Positions 1 through 18,611 of a stretch of 64,000 nt of DNA are shown one piece after another (position 1 is the first letter of the stretch; each line of letters opens with the position of its first letter). A model generated the notes under the pieces. That model ran no database searches, had not been told where the DNA came from, and worked only from the letters and a program-made list of their open reading frames with translations. Source of the stretch: the human T2T-CHM13v2.0 reference genome, Homo sapiens; the NCBI RefSeq assembly GCF_009914755.1, contig NC_060941.1, one strand, 5' to 3'. The position numbers and the translations under genes are program-made.

Positions 1-63
1 AAGTCAGACCAGCCTGCAGCCCCCGGCCCAGACCATCTCCAACGCCCCTGTCTCCGAGTACAT
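1..63 (+). CDS. TTYH2: TTYH2 (tweety homolog 2) third-last coding exon, 3' part only (exon starts before the window)
   Basis: Frame from base 2 reads SQTSLQPPAQTISNAPVSEY(M). GT donor at 64-65 (AT|gtacgg), phase 2, joins in frame to the exon at 552. Matches the recalled TTYH2 C-terminus. Confidence 0.9.
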
Positions 64-551
64 GTACGGCCTGCACACACACCCAGGCTGGGTAGCACTG
101 CCCGGACAGCATGTTGGGTGGGGTCCACAGTGCCGGGTGTGGGGAGGAAGGCATCCAAGGCCACCCGTGGTCCCCACTACAGCCACAGGGTGCCTGGAGG
201 GAAGGCCCCCGGGGAGCATCTAGTCACCCCTCCACACCCACATGTGCTGGGGGAAGAAACCACTGATGTCAGCAGCCTCTGCCACAAGCTGGTGGGACAG
301 GTCTCAGGCCCAAAAAGCTGCATTTCTCCAGGCCATGCTGCTCCCAGCCTCCGTTGCCCATCAGCCACTTGTCCCCAGGCTTCCCAAGGTGCTCTTCTCC
401 ATATCTGCCCACTGCACCCCCTCCACTCTATCTGTGGTTTGGTTCCATCCCCCACCTCCCATGTGCTCACCCATGGGACCCTCCTGTAGAAATCTACACA
501 CACCCCCACTCCCACACCATCCCCTCCTGAGCTCTCCTCTCATCCCCGCAG

Positions 552-630
552 GAACCAAGCCATGCTCTTTGGTAGGAACCCACGCTACGAGAACGTGCCA
601 CTAATCGGGAGAGCCTCCCCTCCGCCTACG
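552..630 (+). CDS. TTYH2: TTYH2 penultimate coding exon (79 nt)
   Basis: Pyrimidine tract + cag acceptor (AG 550-551); encodes (M)NQAMLFGRNPRYENVPLIGRASPPPT; donor ACG|gtaatt at 631. Confidence 0.93.
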
Positions 631-964
631 GTAATTGGGGCTCTGGCCCTTCCTTGTTGGGGTAATACATAAAGACAAAACCTCCTGCCAACCCAGTGAA
701 TCCTGTCCACAAAGGCAGAAAAGAATGAAACTGTTCTGTTATTGAATATGCACTAAACCAGACCGTCGTGGGTATCCCAGGCAGTCCGCTAAGGAGATTG
801 CAAAGATGCAAGAAATCTCACTCCTTCCCCTAGCCAGGCAGGAACAAGACACAGCCCACTGCATACCTGTCATCCAGCAAGAGGACTTGACGGCACTGTT
901 TGTCACAGTAGTCCACCTTAATCCACTTGCTAATTGGGGTGGCCATCCTGGTTAAGTAATTGCC

Positions 965-1472
<508 letters not shown>

Positions 1473-1949
1473 TTAAGAAGGTTTGCAGACATCTCAAAAG
1501 ACAGAAATTATTTACAATGATAAGTTTTCTAAAGGAAATACTGCAAGAAGAGAGGGGGTCTCTTTCCCTTTTTGCTCCAGAGAAAATTAAGGAATTTTTT
1601 TTCTTTTTAGATTTCTGTTTACCTTAATCCTTGGTCTCTTTTGGGCTGGACGGTGGGTTGGCTGTGGTGGCGGGTCTGGGAGGGCTGAACCCAAACACAG
1701 CCTTCCTCAATCCGTCTCAGCTCCCCATGTCCCTAGGACTGTGCCCAAGTAGGGCCAGTGCCTCTTGTCCACCCCACCACCTCCAGCCAGAGTACCTGAG
1801 ATACAGCCTCAGGGGAGTAGCTCAGGGTGGGCAGGTTGAGAAGGAAAGACTATGCTGTCTCATCCCAGAGAAGTATCCAAAGGACACAGAAATACTGGCT
1901 GAGACAAAGAAAGCTGTAAACAGACAGTGAAGTGACCGCCAAGGTTCAG

Positions 1950-2549
<600 letters not shown>

Positions 2550-3440
2550 TAAGAAAGGACAAGGGGAATGAAAGGCCAGAAGTCTGCCATGGGGTGGGCA
2601 GAAGGGTCCTGGAGCCAGGCATCTCCCTTCATTGGGCCTGGCGAGGCATTTCAGTGCCCCGACCCAGATAGTTTGGAAGGGGACATCCAACAGGAAAGCA
2701 GAAGCACTGGGGCCCAAATACCTGGGACCAGCGTGATAGACCTGGGCCCTGAGGACCCAGGAAGTGCACGCACAGGCACCCAGGGAGTCAGCTTCCCGGT
2801 CATGGCGCTTGGTGAAAATCATAGTGTCAGACCCGAGAAAAGAGCAAGTGGAACCCAGTCCCTGTCTTCAGGAAGTTCCAGTCTATAGAAGGGGCACTCA
2901 AGAAGGCTGCCTGTAGAAAGTGCTACAAGGTACTTTGGGACCAGAAAGAAGGAGCCATCTTTGCTGCTGCTCTAGGGGATTCCAGAAGGTTCTATTTAAT
3001 AGGTGGCGTTTGAGCCACAGTGTAGAGCAGGGGCTCACCCAGGGGCAGTTTTCCCCCCTGGGGACATTTGGCAATGTCTGGAGGCATTTTCATTACCACG
3101 CTTGGAGGCTGGGGATGGGGGCTGGATGCTATTGACATCTAGGGAGTGGAGCACCCACCACAAAGCACGGTGCAGCCCCAAATGCCCATAGGTTATGGGG
3201 CCTGTCCTCTGCGTGTGGGATGTTCAGCAGCATCCCTGGCCTCTACCTGCTAGCAAGCCTGCTGGAACCAATCCCCCTGTCATTCACTCCTGTGCCACCA
3301 CCTTGGTGCTTTTGCCTGGAGCACCTCACCTGCTGTCCCATCCCACAGCTTTACAAACACAAGCCCCAGCCTCATGTCGTTCTTTCTTCCTGGGGTCCCC
3401 GGGAGTGGGCTGGTTGAACCTGTATTCAAAGTCAGCACCA

Positions 3441-3745
3441 TTTATTATTTATGTTTATTTTTTTGAGACAGAGTATCACTCTGTGACCTAGGCTGGAGTA
3501 CGTGGTGCAATCTCAGCTCACTGCATCCTCCACCTCCTGAGTTCAAGCAATTCTCATGCCTCAGCCTCCCAAGTACTTGGGACTATAGGCACGTGCCATC
3601 ACACCCAGCTAATCTTTGCATTTTCAGTAGAGACGGGGTTTCGCCATGCAGGCCAGGCTAGTCTCTAACTCCTGGCCTCAAGTGATGCACCTGCCTTGGC
3701 CTCCCAAAGTGCTGGGGTTACAGGCATGAGCCACCACGCCCAGCC
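3441..3745 (-). mobile_element. Alu
   Basis: Alu consensus; TSD aaagtcagcacc. Confidence 0.9.
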
Positions 3746-4655
3746 TAAAAGTCAGCACCTTTTAAATGCCAGCCTAGCTTCTCTCACTAATCAGAAGCCT
3801 CCCGGGTTCCTTTTTCCAACCACCAGCTGCCGTGGCCCCAGGAATGCAGATTGACTTTAATATTAATCTAAGCACAACGTAATTAGGGGAAATCTGCTGT
3901 GAAAAAAGAATTACTCTATGCACTGTGATGCCAAATAAAAATGATTTTCAGATTCCCTTCTGTTTGAAAGATCCAGGCCACTCATCCTGCCGTTAGCAGA
4001 GATAATCAGCAACTGACCTTATTTGCAAGGCTCAAGGACAGAAAACCCTTCCTCCCTAGATTTAAGACCTGCCCAGAAACACTTATTGCTTTGGCCAAGT
4101 TGACTGCCCAGTCCCACCTAGCCCAGCCTGCCCTGGGAAGACCCTTCCACCTCCATGCCCGGTAAGGGACCTAGAGAGACATCTAATGATGCCGCAGACC
4201 AAGGAACCCCACAGCATGGAGGGTGTGGGTGTCTGCCCCAGTAAAGACAGCACAGCTGGCTGCGCCCCACCCTCCCCGGGGCGCCTGCTCTAAACACTCC
4301 TTAGCACCGAGCAAGTTCGAGAGGTGGATAAACTCCTCCCTCTGCCGAGCACCCTCTCTGGGACAGTCAGGGGACCTCACTGGGTGGGTGATGTCACGCC
4401 TGGTGATCGGGATATACAGCCTGTCCCTTGCTGGAAATGTTTCTTCCCCCAGCTCTGCCTTCAAGGAATAATCTCTCCTGTCCTTTTAGGCACTGTTTCT
4501 TGGACTTGATGAACAAAAATGACCCAGGGCAGTTAAAGATACTGACGTTGAGACTTCTCTTCAGACTTACAGAAACAGAATATCTTGGGGAAGGAGCCTG
4601 GGAGATTCTAAGTTTAACAAACTTATTATCATTCAAGTTGGGAAATATTGCTTTA

Positions 4656-5650
<995 letters not shown>

Positions 5651-6012
5651 CTGGGTCGAAAACCTCATGCTCCCTCCTCCCCAACCCCAGCCCAAGTGGA
5701 AGCATTCCATTCCCCCTGATGTGAATGGCCTGGACCCCTGAAGCTTCCCGGGTCAGGAGAGTGGCAGTTTCTGGAAGCTTGTTAGAAGTGCAGAATCTCA
5801 GGTCCTGTGGACAAGATCCCCAGGTAGCCTGTGTGCAGGGTATAGAGTGAAAGGCCCTCTCCACTGCCAAGGACGAGTAACTAAGTTCTGTCAGGCACCT
5901 ACTCTGTACTGGGTCATGCTCCTCCAACTTGAATGCACACTGGAATTGCCTAAAGAGCTCTAAAAACACTGATAGCTCTTTAAATTCATTTTATGTTATG
6001 TGTGTGGTCTTT

Positions 6013-6303
6013 GTTTTTTTTTAAGAGAGAGGGTCTCGCTCCGTTGCCCAGGGTGAAGTGCAGTGGTGTGATCTTAGCTTGCTGCAACCTCCACCTCTTG
6101 GGCTCAAGTACCTTCTCCTCCTGCCTCAGCCTCCCAAGTGGCTGGGACTACAGGTGCATGCCACCATGCCCAGCTAATTTTTTGTATTTTTGATAGAGAC
6201 AGGATTTTGCCATTTTGCCCAGGCTGGTCTCGAACTCCTGGGCTCAAACGATCCTCCTGCCTCTGTCTCCTAAAGTGCTGGGATTACAGGTATGAATCAC
6301 CAC
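6013..6303 (-). mobile_element. Alu (J-type)
   Basis: Alu consensus. Confidence 0.88.
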
Positions 6304-6439
6304 CGTTATGTGCATTTTGCATCAACAAAAATATACATATTTATATACTAGTGGATGTGGCCTGGGCATCGGGATGTTTTTAGGCTCCCCAGGTGTTTCT
6401 GGCGAGCAGCCCAGTTTGAGAGCAGCTGTGTTATTAAGG

Positions 6440-6610
6440 CTCTTCCCTGCTCCATATCATTTCGCCCTTTCAACGTAAGAGCTGGGTGCTCTTATGTCCA
6501 TTTTGCAGGTAGGGAAACTGAGGCTAGAAAAGGCTGGAGAACCTAAGCCAAGGTCACGGGGTAAGATGCACAGCTGGGATTTGAACCTGCTTCTCTGAGT
6601 CTCTGGGCCT
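6440..6610 (-). mobile_element. MIR SINE
   Basis: 'ccattttgcaggtagggaaactgaggc...aaggtcac...ctgggatttgaacc'. Confidence 0.65.
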
Positions 6611-6925
6611 CTGCCCTCAGCCTGCTGGCTGCTGACTGCTCCTCCGTGCGCTGGTGGACCCTGACGCTGCCCCCAGTGTGAGGGGACAGGCTGGATGCTG
6701 GGGGTGTGTGCTGGGGCGGAGTGGACATTGGAGGACAGCTGGTCTGTGTGTGCATTTTTTATTTGAGGCTGGGAGGCAGAAGTCTTGATGGATGTGGGGT
6801 GGAGGCACGGCCGGGTTTCCCTCTGACACCCGACCCAGTTCCACTCTGAGAAGTCCCCGGCACCTTTGCTGGTGCAGTGCTTGGCTGACTCAGCTCTGAC
6901 CATCCCCTCTCTTCTCTCTTGGCAG

Positions 6926-7006
6926 TACTCTCCCAGCATGAGAGCCACCTACCTGTCTGTGGCGGATGAGCACCTGAGGCACTACGGGAATCAGTTTCCA
7001 GCCTAA
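6926..7006 (+). CDS. TTYH2: TTYH2 last exon, coding part
   Basis: Acceptor ctcttctctcttggcag|; encodes YSPSMRATYLSVADEHLRHYGNQFPA* with TAA at 7004-7006. Confidence 0.94.
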   Translation, partial: YSPSMRATYLSVADEHLRHYGNQFPA

Positions 7007-8820
7007 CAGACTTTCGGGGGTTCCTGCCTCCTTTTTCCGTTCTGGTTTTTAATTAGTGCAAATACAAGCTGCGTTTCTTTAATAGAAACCAAAGGCATCT
7101 GGAGCCCGAGAGGCCTCCTGCTGTGGCAGAGGAGCAGCTGGGATTCCCGACCAAAGCCCCAGGGGGTGCAGAAGACTCACCACGCGGGCCAGCCTCTCTC
7201 TTTTGCCCTGCTCTCCACACCAGAAATGCCCCCAGGTGCTTGGCTGCCTCAGAGGTACCATCCCTGAGCTGGCTGCCTGGCCCTGCTCACCCCTACGCCT
7301 CGCCCTTGCCAGGAGGGGAGTGGCAGTGAGGAGGGGGCCAGGTCAGGCACCACCATCAAGAGAGCTGTGTGTTCTCTCTGGTCCCACAACGATGACTCTG
7401 CCTCTTGTCAGCCCAGCCAAGAGCCCAGACGACCCCTCTGTCCTCGTTCCCTGTCCTCGTTCCCTGCAGGTAACATGAGAAGGGCTGATCAGGAGATGCT
7501 CTTTAAGAAGTTCGCACCCCTGCTGACACCAGAACAGCCCAAATCAGAGTTCCCAGGGCCAGACAGGCTCTTCCTGGGCCACAGAGGGGAGGCATCAGGA
7601 AAGCTCTGCAGTGGGGGGCTGGTGGCTCCGGGGCTGGGGGATCACAGGCTGGTGAACCCCGGTGGGAACAGAGGTGAAAGCCTGCCACATTCCGCCTGTC
7701 TCCCTAACCCTCCATTGCCTCGCCTCTATTCCAGAATCAATGCTGCAGAATGTGTTAGCTGCAGATAGGCATGGTCTCAGGTATGAACAGACACTTTGAA
7801 ACGACTTTAGGTCTTTCTTTTCTCCAGTGTTTTAAACATGTTGATTATCCAAAGAATTGAAACTCCTAGCACATCCAGTTTTTACAACAGATTTGCAGCT
7901 CATTCCTTACCCTGGTTAGGTCACTACTTTTGCAGATTTTGCTGGCACTGATCTGGAGATCTGCAGATCTGGAGGAGACGGGAAGGAGTCGATTCTTAAA
8001 TAAGGATCAGTGAGGCATCCTGTCCCAAGCTACTGTTTGGTGGGGATCTGGGTTCATCTCACCCACAGAGGGAGGATCTTTAAGAGGAGAAAAAAGCCAA
8101 GAGGGAAAGCCAGAGTTCCCTGTTCTAGGGGACTAGCCAAATGCCTACATCAGCTGTCCCCTCCCTGTTGTCTCCAAGTAAGTTTGCCAGAAAAGGTTTT
8201 AGCAAAGTGCTACAACTGTGTCTTTATAGGAGGATAGGCCTCTGCCCTGCCCCACCCCCACCACCTGTCCCCACCCAGTGTCCCAGGCCACAGGAGCTTA
8301 TTGGCCAGGAGGGAATAATGTCCCCCAATACTGCCTGTTGAGGGACCAGAGTTGGGGTCTTTGGTGCTTCCAACCTCCTGCCAACCTGGAGTTCACAACA
8401 CCAGAGCCCCACGGCCTCGCACACTGAAGCAGGGGCGTGCGGTGACTCGGTGCTTCTGTTTTGGAAGAACCACCTGTCATCAAAACATGGACAGCAGGGT
8501 GTTCTCAGCTCCCAGCGAAGCCTCCACAACAGAATGGGGCCACAGGGCAGCCGGGACTCCCTGTCTCACCTACATTAACCCATGCATACTGTATGCCATA
8601 AACTCACTTTGGTATATCCGCGTCACATGCAGAGAGGAACTCTGCGACGTCAAAGTGTTGCTTCTTAAAGTTTCATTATTGGCAACTAGAGGGTTGTTTT
8701 TAATGCATGGAAACTAAACAGATTCCTCGGGGAGTTCCTGAAGGAACCAGGTGGGCAAACCTTTGCTTATATACATGCGGCCTCACCTGGAAGAGAAATA
8801 AACCACTTGTACTAAAATGT
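7007..8820 (+). other. TTYH2: TTYH2 3' UTR (~1.8 kb)
   Basis: Repeat-free stretch after the stop codon, ending at AATAAA 8797-8802 followed by GT/T-rich sequence. The cleavage site is approximate. Confidence 0.8.
8797..8802 (+). terminator. TTYH2: TTYH2 polyadenylation signal AATAAA
   Basis: Canonical hexamer with a downstream U/GU-rich element (tgtgcgttccgtttct). Confidence 0.8.
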
Positions 8821-8916
8821 GCGTTCCGTTTCTGACTTCCACAGCTGCAGGAAATAACGAGGGTATTGAAAGATGGAGCGCTCCCCTCCGGCAGGGTCAT
8901 GTGGTGGGAGGCTTAG

Positions 8917-9385
<469 letters not shown>

Positions 9386-10108
9386 CCGTTAACTGCATCT
9401 CAATACCCAAATGAGATTGGCTTTGGGGGGCTTCCATTGTCTCGGAGCTGGAGTGGGACCTGACTTGTAGGCCGGCCCTGCATGAACTAGGAAGGAAGCC
9501 TTGGGAATGCACAAGCCGGAGTGTGGTCTGATCACTACGCGTGTCATCTCCCTTTCTCATCTCAGCTGCATTAGTCTCTCCCGCAAGGGAAAGGAGTGGG
9601 GTGGGGAAGTGGGTTCTGGGCCCCTGTTTTGCCTGCCAGTCTGCAGGCAGGCCCACCTTTACCCTCCTAAACGTCCTCTGAACAGCCATTCTCTCAACAG
9701 CAACCTGACTGCAGACCCAGAACAGCCAGCTTAGGAGGAGAGACTGGAGCTTAACCTGCTCCTGGAGAGAGACAGCAGCAAACTCCACCAGACCCCTTTT
9801 GCCTGGAACAGCAGGTGGAGCTTTCACCACGAGTGTCCCAGGCTGTCATTTGGAGCCCACGACCTACCCACGGGGAGCAGCCAACAGAGTGGTTTCTTCT
9901 CCAAAGCTAATTCATCTCCAGCGAGCTTTCTCCCCCTCCAAAGCTGTACAGTCTTAAATTTAGGACCAGCAGGGGTGTTTCCACAATCTCTTAACTCCCC
10001 ACATTGCAGATCAGTCAAGAAGCCTGGTGTGTCTGTTGACAGATATACCCATATGGAAAATTTTACCTTCCTTTCTTCCCCTTTTCATTCATTTAAAAAT
10101 GGATTGCC

Positions 10109-10560
<452 letters not shown>

Positions 10561-10698
10561 TGGATTGATTGATTAACACAGGAGCCAATGAACTAGAGCC
10601 AGTGAGCCCAGCCGGCCAGCTGCCTTGGAAGGCCTGTGGGTATAAAATAGTTTTTATATTTTTAAATGGTTAACAAAAAAATCAGACATTTGCAACTA

Positions 10699-11310
10699 TT
10701 TTTTGGTTTTTGGTTTGTTTTTTTTTTCCCCTCCTTTTTTTTTTTTTTGAGTTATTAAGAAAAAACAACAAAAAACACAACCAAAAGAACTGACGAGAGG
10801 AAGATAAAGCCTCGGGATCAGCCAGAGACCGAGTGGCATATGGGATGAGGCACAGGTCAGGCCTAGCTGGGTCTGTGGAGCAAGGTGGTGGGAAGTCCCA
10901 AGGCCTTTGGGCCTGTGGGGTCTGCGGAAGGAGAGGAGGTCACTTAAGAAAATATATATACTGTACACATCTATACGACGCGTCCCATGTTGGGGGAGTG
11001 GGGCGAGGTCATGGGAGCTGGTCCACTCTCTCCTCGGACCAGCCTCCCCGCAGGCTCACTGGCTTGGCCAGCACAGGGACCCCTGCAGCTGGCTGTTGTC
11101 TTCTGTGGAGCGAGGGAAGGTAACAGTTTAGCTCCCACCCATGGTGGGCAGAGGTCAGCGGAGGTCAGAGGCATGGAGATGGCCACCGCTCAGCTAGGAA
11201 ATCCCTGTGCCTGGTGCTCGTGCCCGTCATACAGTCTGCTTTGCTGTCTTCTTTCTACTTTTTCCTTCTTTTTCTTCTGGGACGGTGACTCAGGGTCTTT
11301 GGTTGAGGAC
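10699..11310 (-). pseudogene. TCOF1: 5'-truncated processed retrocopy of TCOF1 (last ~28 codons, 3' UTR and poly(A) tail)
   Basis: Minus strand reads STKDPESPSQKKKK...KKTAKQTV* (TGA at 11229-11227), matching the recalled treacle C-terminus [25 protein letters not shown], with a frameshift in the K-run. It continues into sequence matching the recalled TCOF1 3' UTR and ends in a degenerate poly(A) (T-run 10699-10748). Confidence 0.85.
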
Positions 11311-11684
<374 letters not shown>

Positions 11685-11760
11685 TAGACCTGTATTACCA
11701 AAAAATTGTACTTAATTATTATAACATTTTTATTTCATCAAGTAGAAAACTGTGGAAATT

Positions 11761-12240
<480 letters not shown>

Positions 12241-12554
12241 AAGTAAGTACTTACATGTTACCTTTCATTTTGCCTCTTGGCCCAAAAAGCCTAAAATATT
12301 TATTCCATTTTCTAGTAGTTTACAGTTTGCTGGCCCCTGGCTGAGCACAACACCACGTTGTCTAAATTCCGGGACTACAGAAGTATCTAAGGCAATCAGG
12401 GTCCTTGACTTCATGTAGTTTAGAAATTAGCAAGGAAGACAAGTAACATTATCAACACTGACTTGCTTACATACAAATTCAGGGTCTCATCTGGACATTT
12501 GGTTAAACTCCTTGAATCTTGGGCCTCCTGTTTCGGCTTGTCTAATTGTCATCG

Positions 12555-12936
12555 TCTTTCTTCCTTTCTTTTTTTCTTTCTTTTCTTCCTTCCCTCCTTT
12601 TCTTTGCCCCTCTTCTCTCCTTTTTTCTTTTTAATTTTCTTTTCTTTCCTTACAGGGTCTTGTTCTGTCACCCAGGCTGGAAGGCAGTGTTGTGATCTTG
12701 GCTCACTGCAGCCTCCACTTCCTGGGCTCAAGCCATACTCCCATCTCAGCCTCCCCAGTAGCCGGGACTACAGGCACACCACCATGCCCGGCTAATTTTT
12801 GTATTTTTTTTTTTTGTAGAGATGGGGTTTCACCATGTTGCTCAGGCTGGGTCTTGAATTCCTGGACTCAAGCAATCTGTCTGCCTCAGCCTCCCAAAAT
12901 GCTCAGATTACAGTCATGAGCCACCATACCCGGCCC
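12555..12936 (-). mobile_element. Alu (J-type) with CT-rich tail
   Basis: Alu consensus. Confidence 0.85.
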
Positions 12937-13204
12937 ATCATCATCTATTCTGATTACAAAAGAATGTGTGTGGTGAAAACATTTCAAACTTTACAAAAAT
13001 GTGTGAGAAAGTGAAAATCCCCCATAATCCATCAACCCAGAGCAAAATACCAGGACCAGTTTGGTTCACATTCTCCAGGTTTTGTCCTAATGGATGTGCA
13101 GAAATACAGTCACACTATACATATTCTTCTGCAATTGCTTTTTCTACCTCGTGCTTTATCTTGGACATCTTCTTTTCATTCTTTAAAACGTCTCTCCACT
13201 TTTG

Positions 13205-13480
13205 GGCCAGGTACAGTGGCTCATATCTATAATCCCAGCACTTTGGGAAGCCGAGACCAGCCTGGGCAACATAGTGAGACCCCGTCTCTACAAAAAAAAA
13301 AAAAATACAAAAATTACTGAGGCATAGTGGTGTGCACCTGTGTGTGGTCCCAGCTACGCAGGAGGCTGAGGTGAGAGAATCGCCTGAGCCCTGGTAGGTC
13401 TACAGTGAGCTGTGATCGTGCCACTGCACTCCAGCCTGGTGACAGAGCAAGGGCCCTTTCTCAAAAAATCAAAATAAAAG
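13205..13480 (+). mobile_element. Alu (J-type, internal deletion)
   Basis: Alu consensus. Confidence 0.85.
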
Positions 13481-13665
13481 AAGTAAAGCAATGGGCTCAT
13501 GCCCCTGGGAGCCAATGGTTTCCCCACATACCCATCACCCAAAAGCAGCTGGTCTGACAGAACAACAACAACAAAAATGTGTCCCACTTTCAACCACCAA
13601 TGCAGGAGTACAGAGAAGAGCGGAGACTGTGTCAGCACCAGAATCCCATTGAGAAAAAACACTCT

Positions 13666-14412
13666 GGCCGGGCACGGTGGCTCTCGCCTGTAACCCCAGC
13701 ACTTTGGGAGGCTGAGGCGGGCAGATCACCTGAGGTCAAGAGTTCGAGACCACCCTGGCCAACATGGTGAAACCCTGTCTCTACCGAAAATACAAAAATT
13801 AGCTGGGCATGGTGGCAGTGAGAGGTGAAGCCAGCTGGACTTCCTGGGTTGAGTGGGGACTTGGAGAACTTTTCTGTCTTACAAGAAGATTGTAAAGTGC
13901 ACCAATCAGCACTCTGTAGCTAGGACTGTAAAACGTACCAATCAGTGTTCTGTAGCTAGCAAGGGGATTGTAAAATGCACCAATCGGCACTCTGTAAAAA
14001 TGCACTAATCAGCGCTCTGTAGCTAGCAAGAGGATTGTAAAACACACCAATCAGTGCTCTGTAAAATGCACCAATCAGCACTCTGTAAAATGCACCAATC
14101 AGCAGGAGTCTAAAAGTAGCCAATCTCAGGGAGGATTGAAAAAAAGGGCACTCTGATAGGACAAAAATGGAACATGGGCGGGGACAAATAAGGGAATAAA
14201 AGCTGGCCACCCCACAGCCAACCACAGCAACTCACTTGGGTACCCTTCCACCCTGTGGAAGTTTTGTTTTTTCTCGCTGTACGATACATCTTGCTGCTGT
14301 TCACTCTTTGGGTCTGTGCCATTTTTAAGAGCTGTAACACTCACCATGAAGGTCTGCCACTGCACTCCAACCTGGGCGACTGAGCAAGACTCCATCTCGA
14401 AGAAAAAAAAAA
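13666..14412 (+). mobile_element. Alu (S-type) split by LTR12 (13666-13818 and 14356-14412)
   Basis: Left arm and linker lie before the LTR; only the terminal ~55 nt of the right arm lie after it. Confidence 0.88.
13819..14357 (+). mobile_element. ERV9/LTR12-family solo LTR (LTR12F-like), 3'-truncated, inserted in an Alu
   Basis: Starts TGAGAGGTGAAGCCAGCTGGACTTCCTGGG; tandem GCACCAATCAGCACTCTGT units; TATA-equivalent AATAAAA 14195-14201. Confidence 0.85.
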
Positions 14413-14902
14413 GAGAGAGAGAAAAAACACTCTTCCCGCCTGCCAACAAATTGTCGATTTGATGGGTGCTTTCTGGAAGCACAATGCAAATGCCTTCCTG
14501 AGGCTCACACGCACGAAGCAGCACTCTTGTTTGTCTTTGAACAGGCGAATGCAAGTCAGTGCCCATGGTCATGGTAGTTATACGCAAGTCTGTCACCCTG
14601 TTTCAGAGGAACTTCACAAGAGCTGTTAAGTCCTAGGTGATCAGGTGGACAAACGGGTGCTAGTAACCCATCAACCACTGGGGAGGAGCTAATGGGGAGA
14701 AGAGCACTCCATTGCTGATAGGTTTGAAAGAGTTTTTGCAACATCTGAGGGCAAGGTCAGGCAGGCAACTCAAAGTCTAGACTGATGAGGCCTGGATCTG
14801 GGAGACAACACATAGATGCCGTCACTAATGCTATGGAGAGAGTGGAAGAGCCCAGAAAGAGTGGGCAGAGTCCAGTATGGGACCCCAACATTTGAGGAGC
14901 AG

Positions 14903-15312
<410 letters not shown>

Positions 15313-15791
15313 TCACCGACAAACCACCCCAGGTAGAACAAGGGCTAGAGAGCACAAGCGACTGGGCAAAAGGTCTTAGCCTTTACCTGGCTCTCAAGGG
15401 AGAGGTTCCTCCTCCTGTGGAGGCGGGAAAGAAGAGCTGACCAGGGAGAAATGTTTGAAGTTTGTGGTTGACAGCCTGGCACAGCCTCTTCCAGGACTCC
15501 CTCAAACTCCGGATGCCCTGTGGTGACACAGAGCCCCACACCCTGACTCCGCAGTCTCCCGGGTCTCAGCCAGAATGGGAGGAGAGCAATCTGATTCCAC
15601 CTCCCCTGCGATTCCTGGCAGTTGCCCCATCCCTCTCCAGCCTTCCCATCTCCACCGTTCCTAGCAGATGTGCTGTGCACTAGGGGCTTTTCAGGCAAAA
15701 TAGAGGCGTCTTGTCAGAGAAGCAGAAGGTGCTAGCCACCCAGGGCTTACAAGGATGTGGGGTCTTCCCAAAATGCCTTAAAAGAGTTTCT

Positions 15792-17074
<1,283 letters not shown>

Positions 17075-17171
17075 TTAGCAAAAGTGCAACTAGTGTTACT
17101 TAACCGCTAGCAACATGAGGGCTTGGTGGGCTTGCCATTGATGTGATGAATTCCATCCTGGGAAGCTTTTA

Positions 17172-18611
<1,440 letters not shown>

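Noticed and set aside
64-95. Possible alternative TTYH2 donor TGG|gtagca at ~91
   Set aside because: Weak site, 28 nt downstream of the frame-consistent donor, and would shift the frame; no support.
7957-7970. 14-bp palindrome AGATCTGCAGATCT in the TTYH2 3' UTR (also a small G/C hairpin at ~23175-23193)
   Set aside because: Palindromes of this length are expected by chance in 64 kb.
13895-14125. Regularly spaced GCACCAATCAGCACTCTGT repeats, superficially CRISPR-like
   Set aside because: These are the internal U3 repeats of LTR12 in a human context; the spacers are not unique and there are no cas genes.
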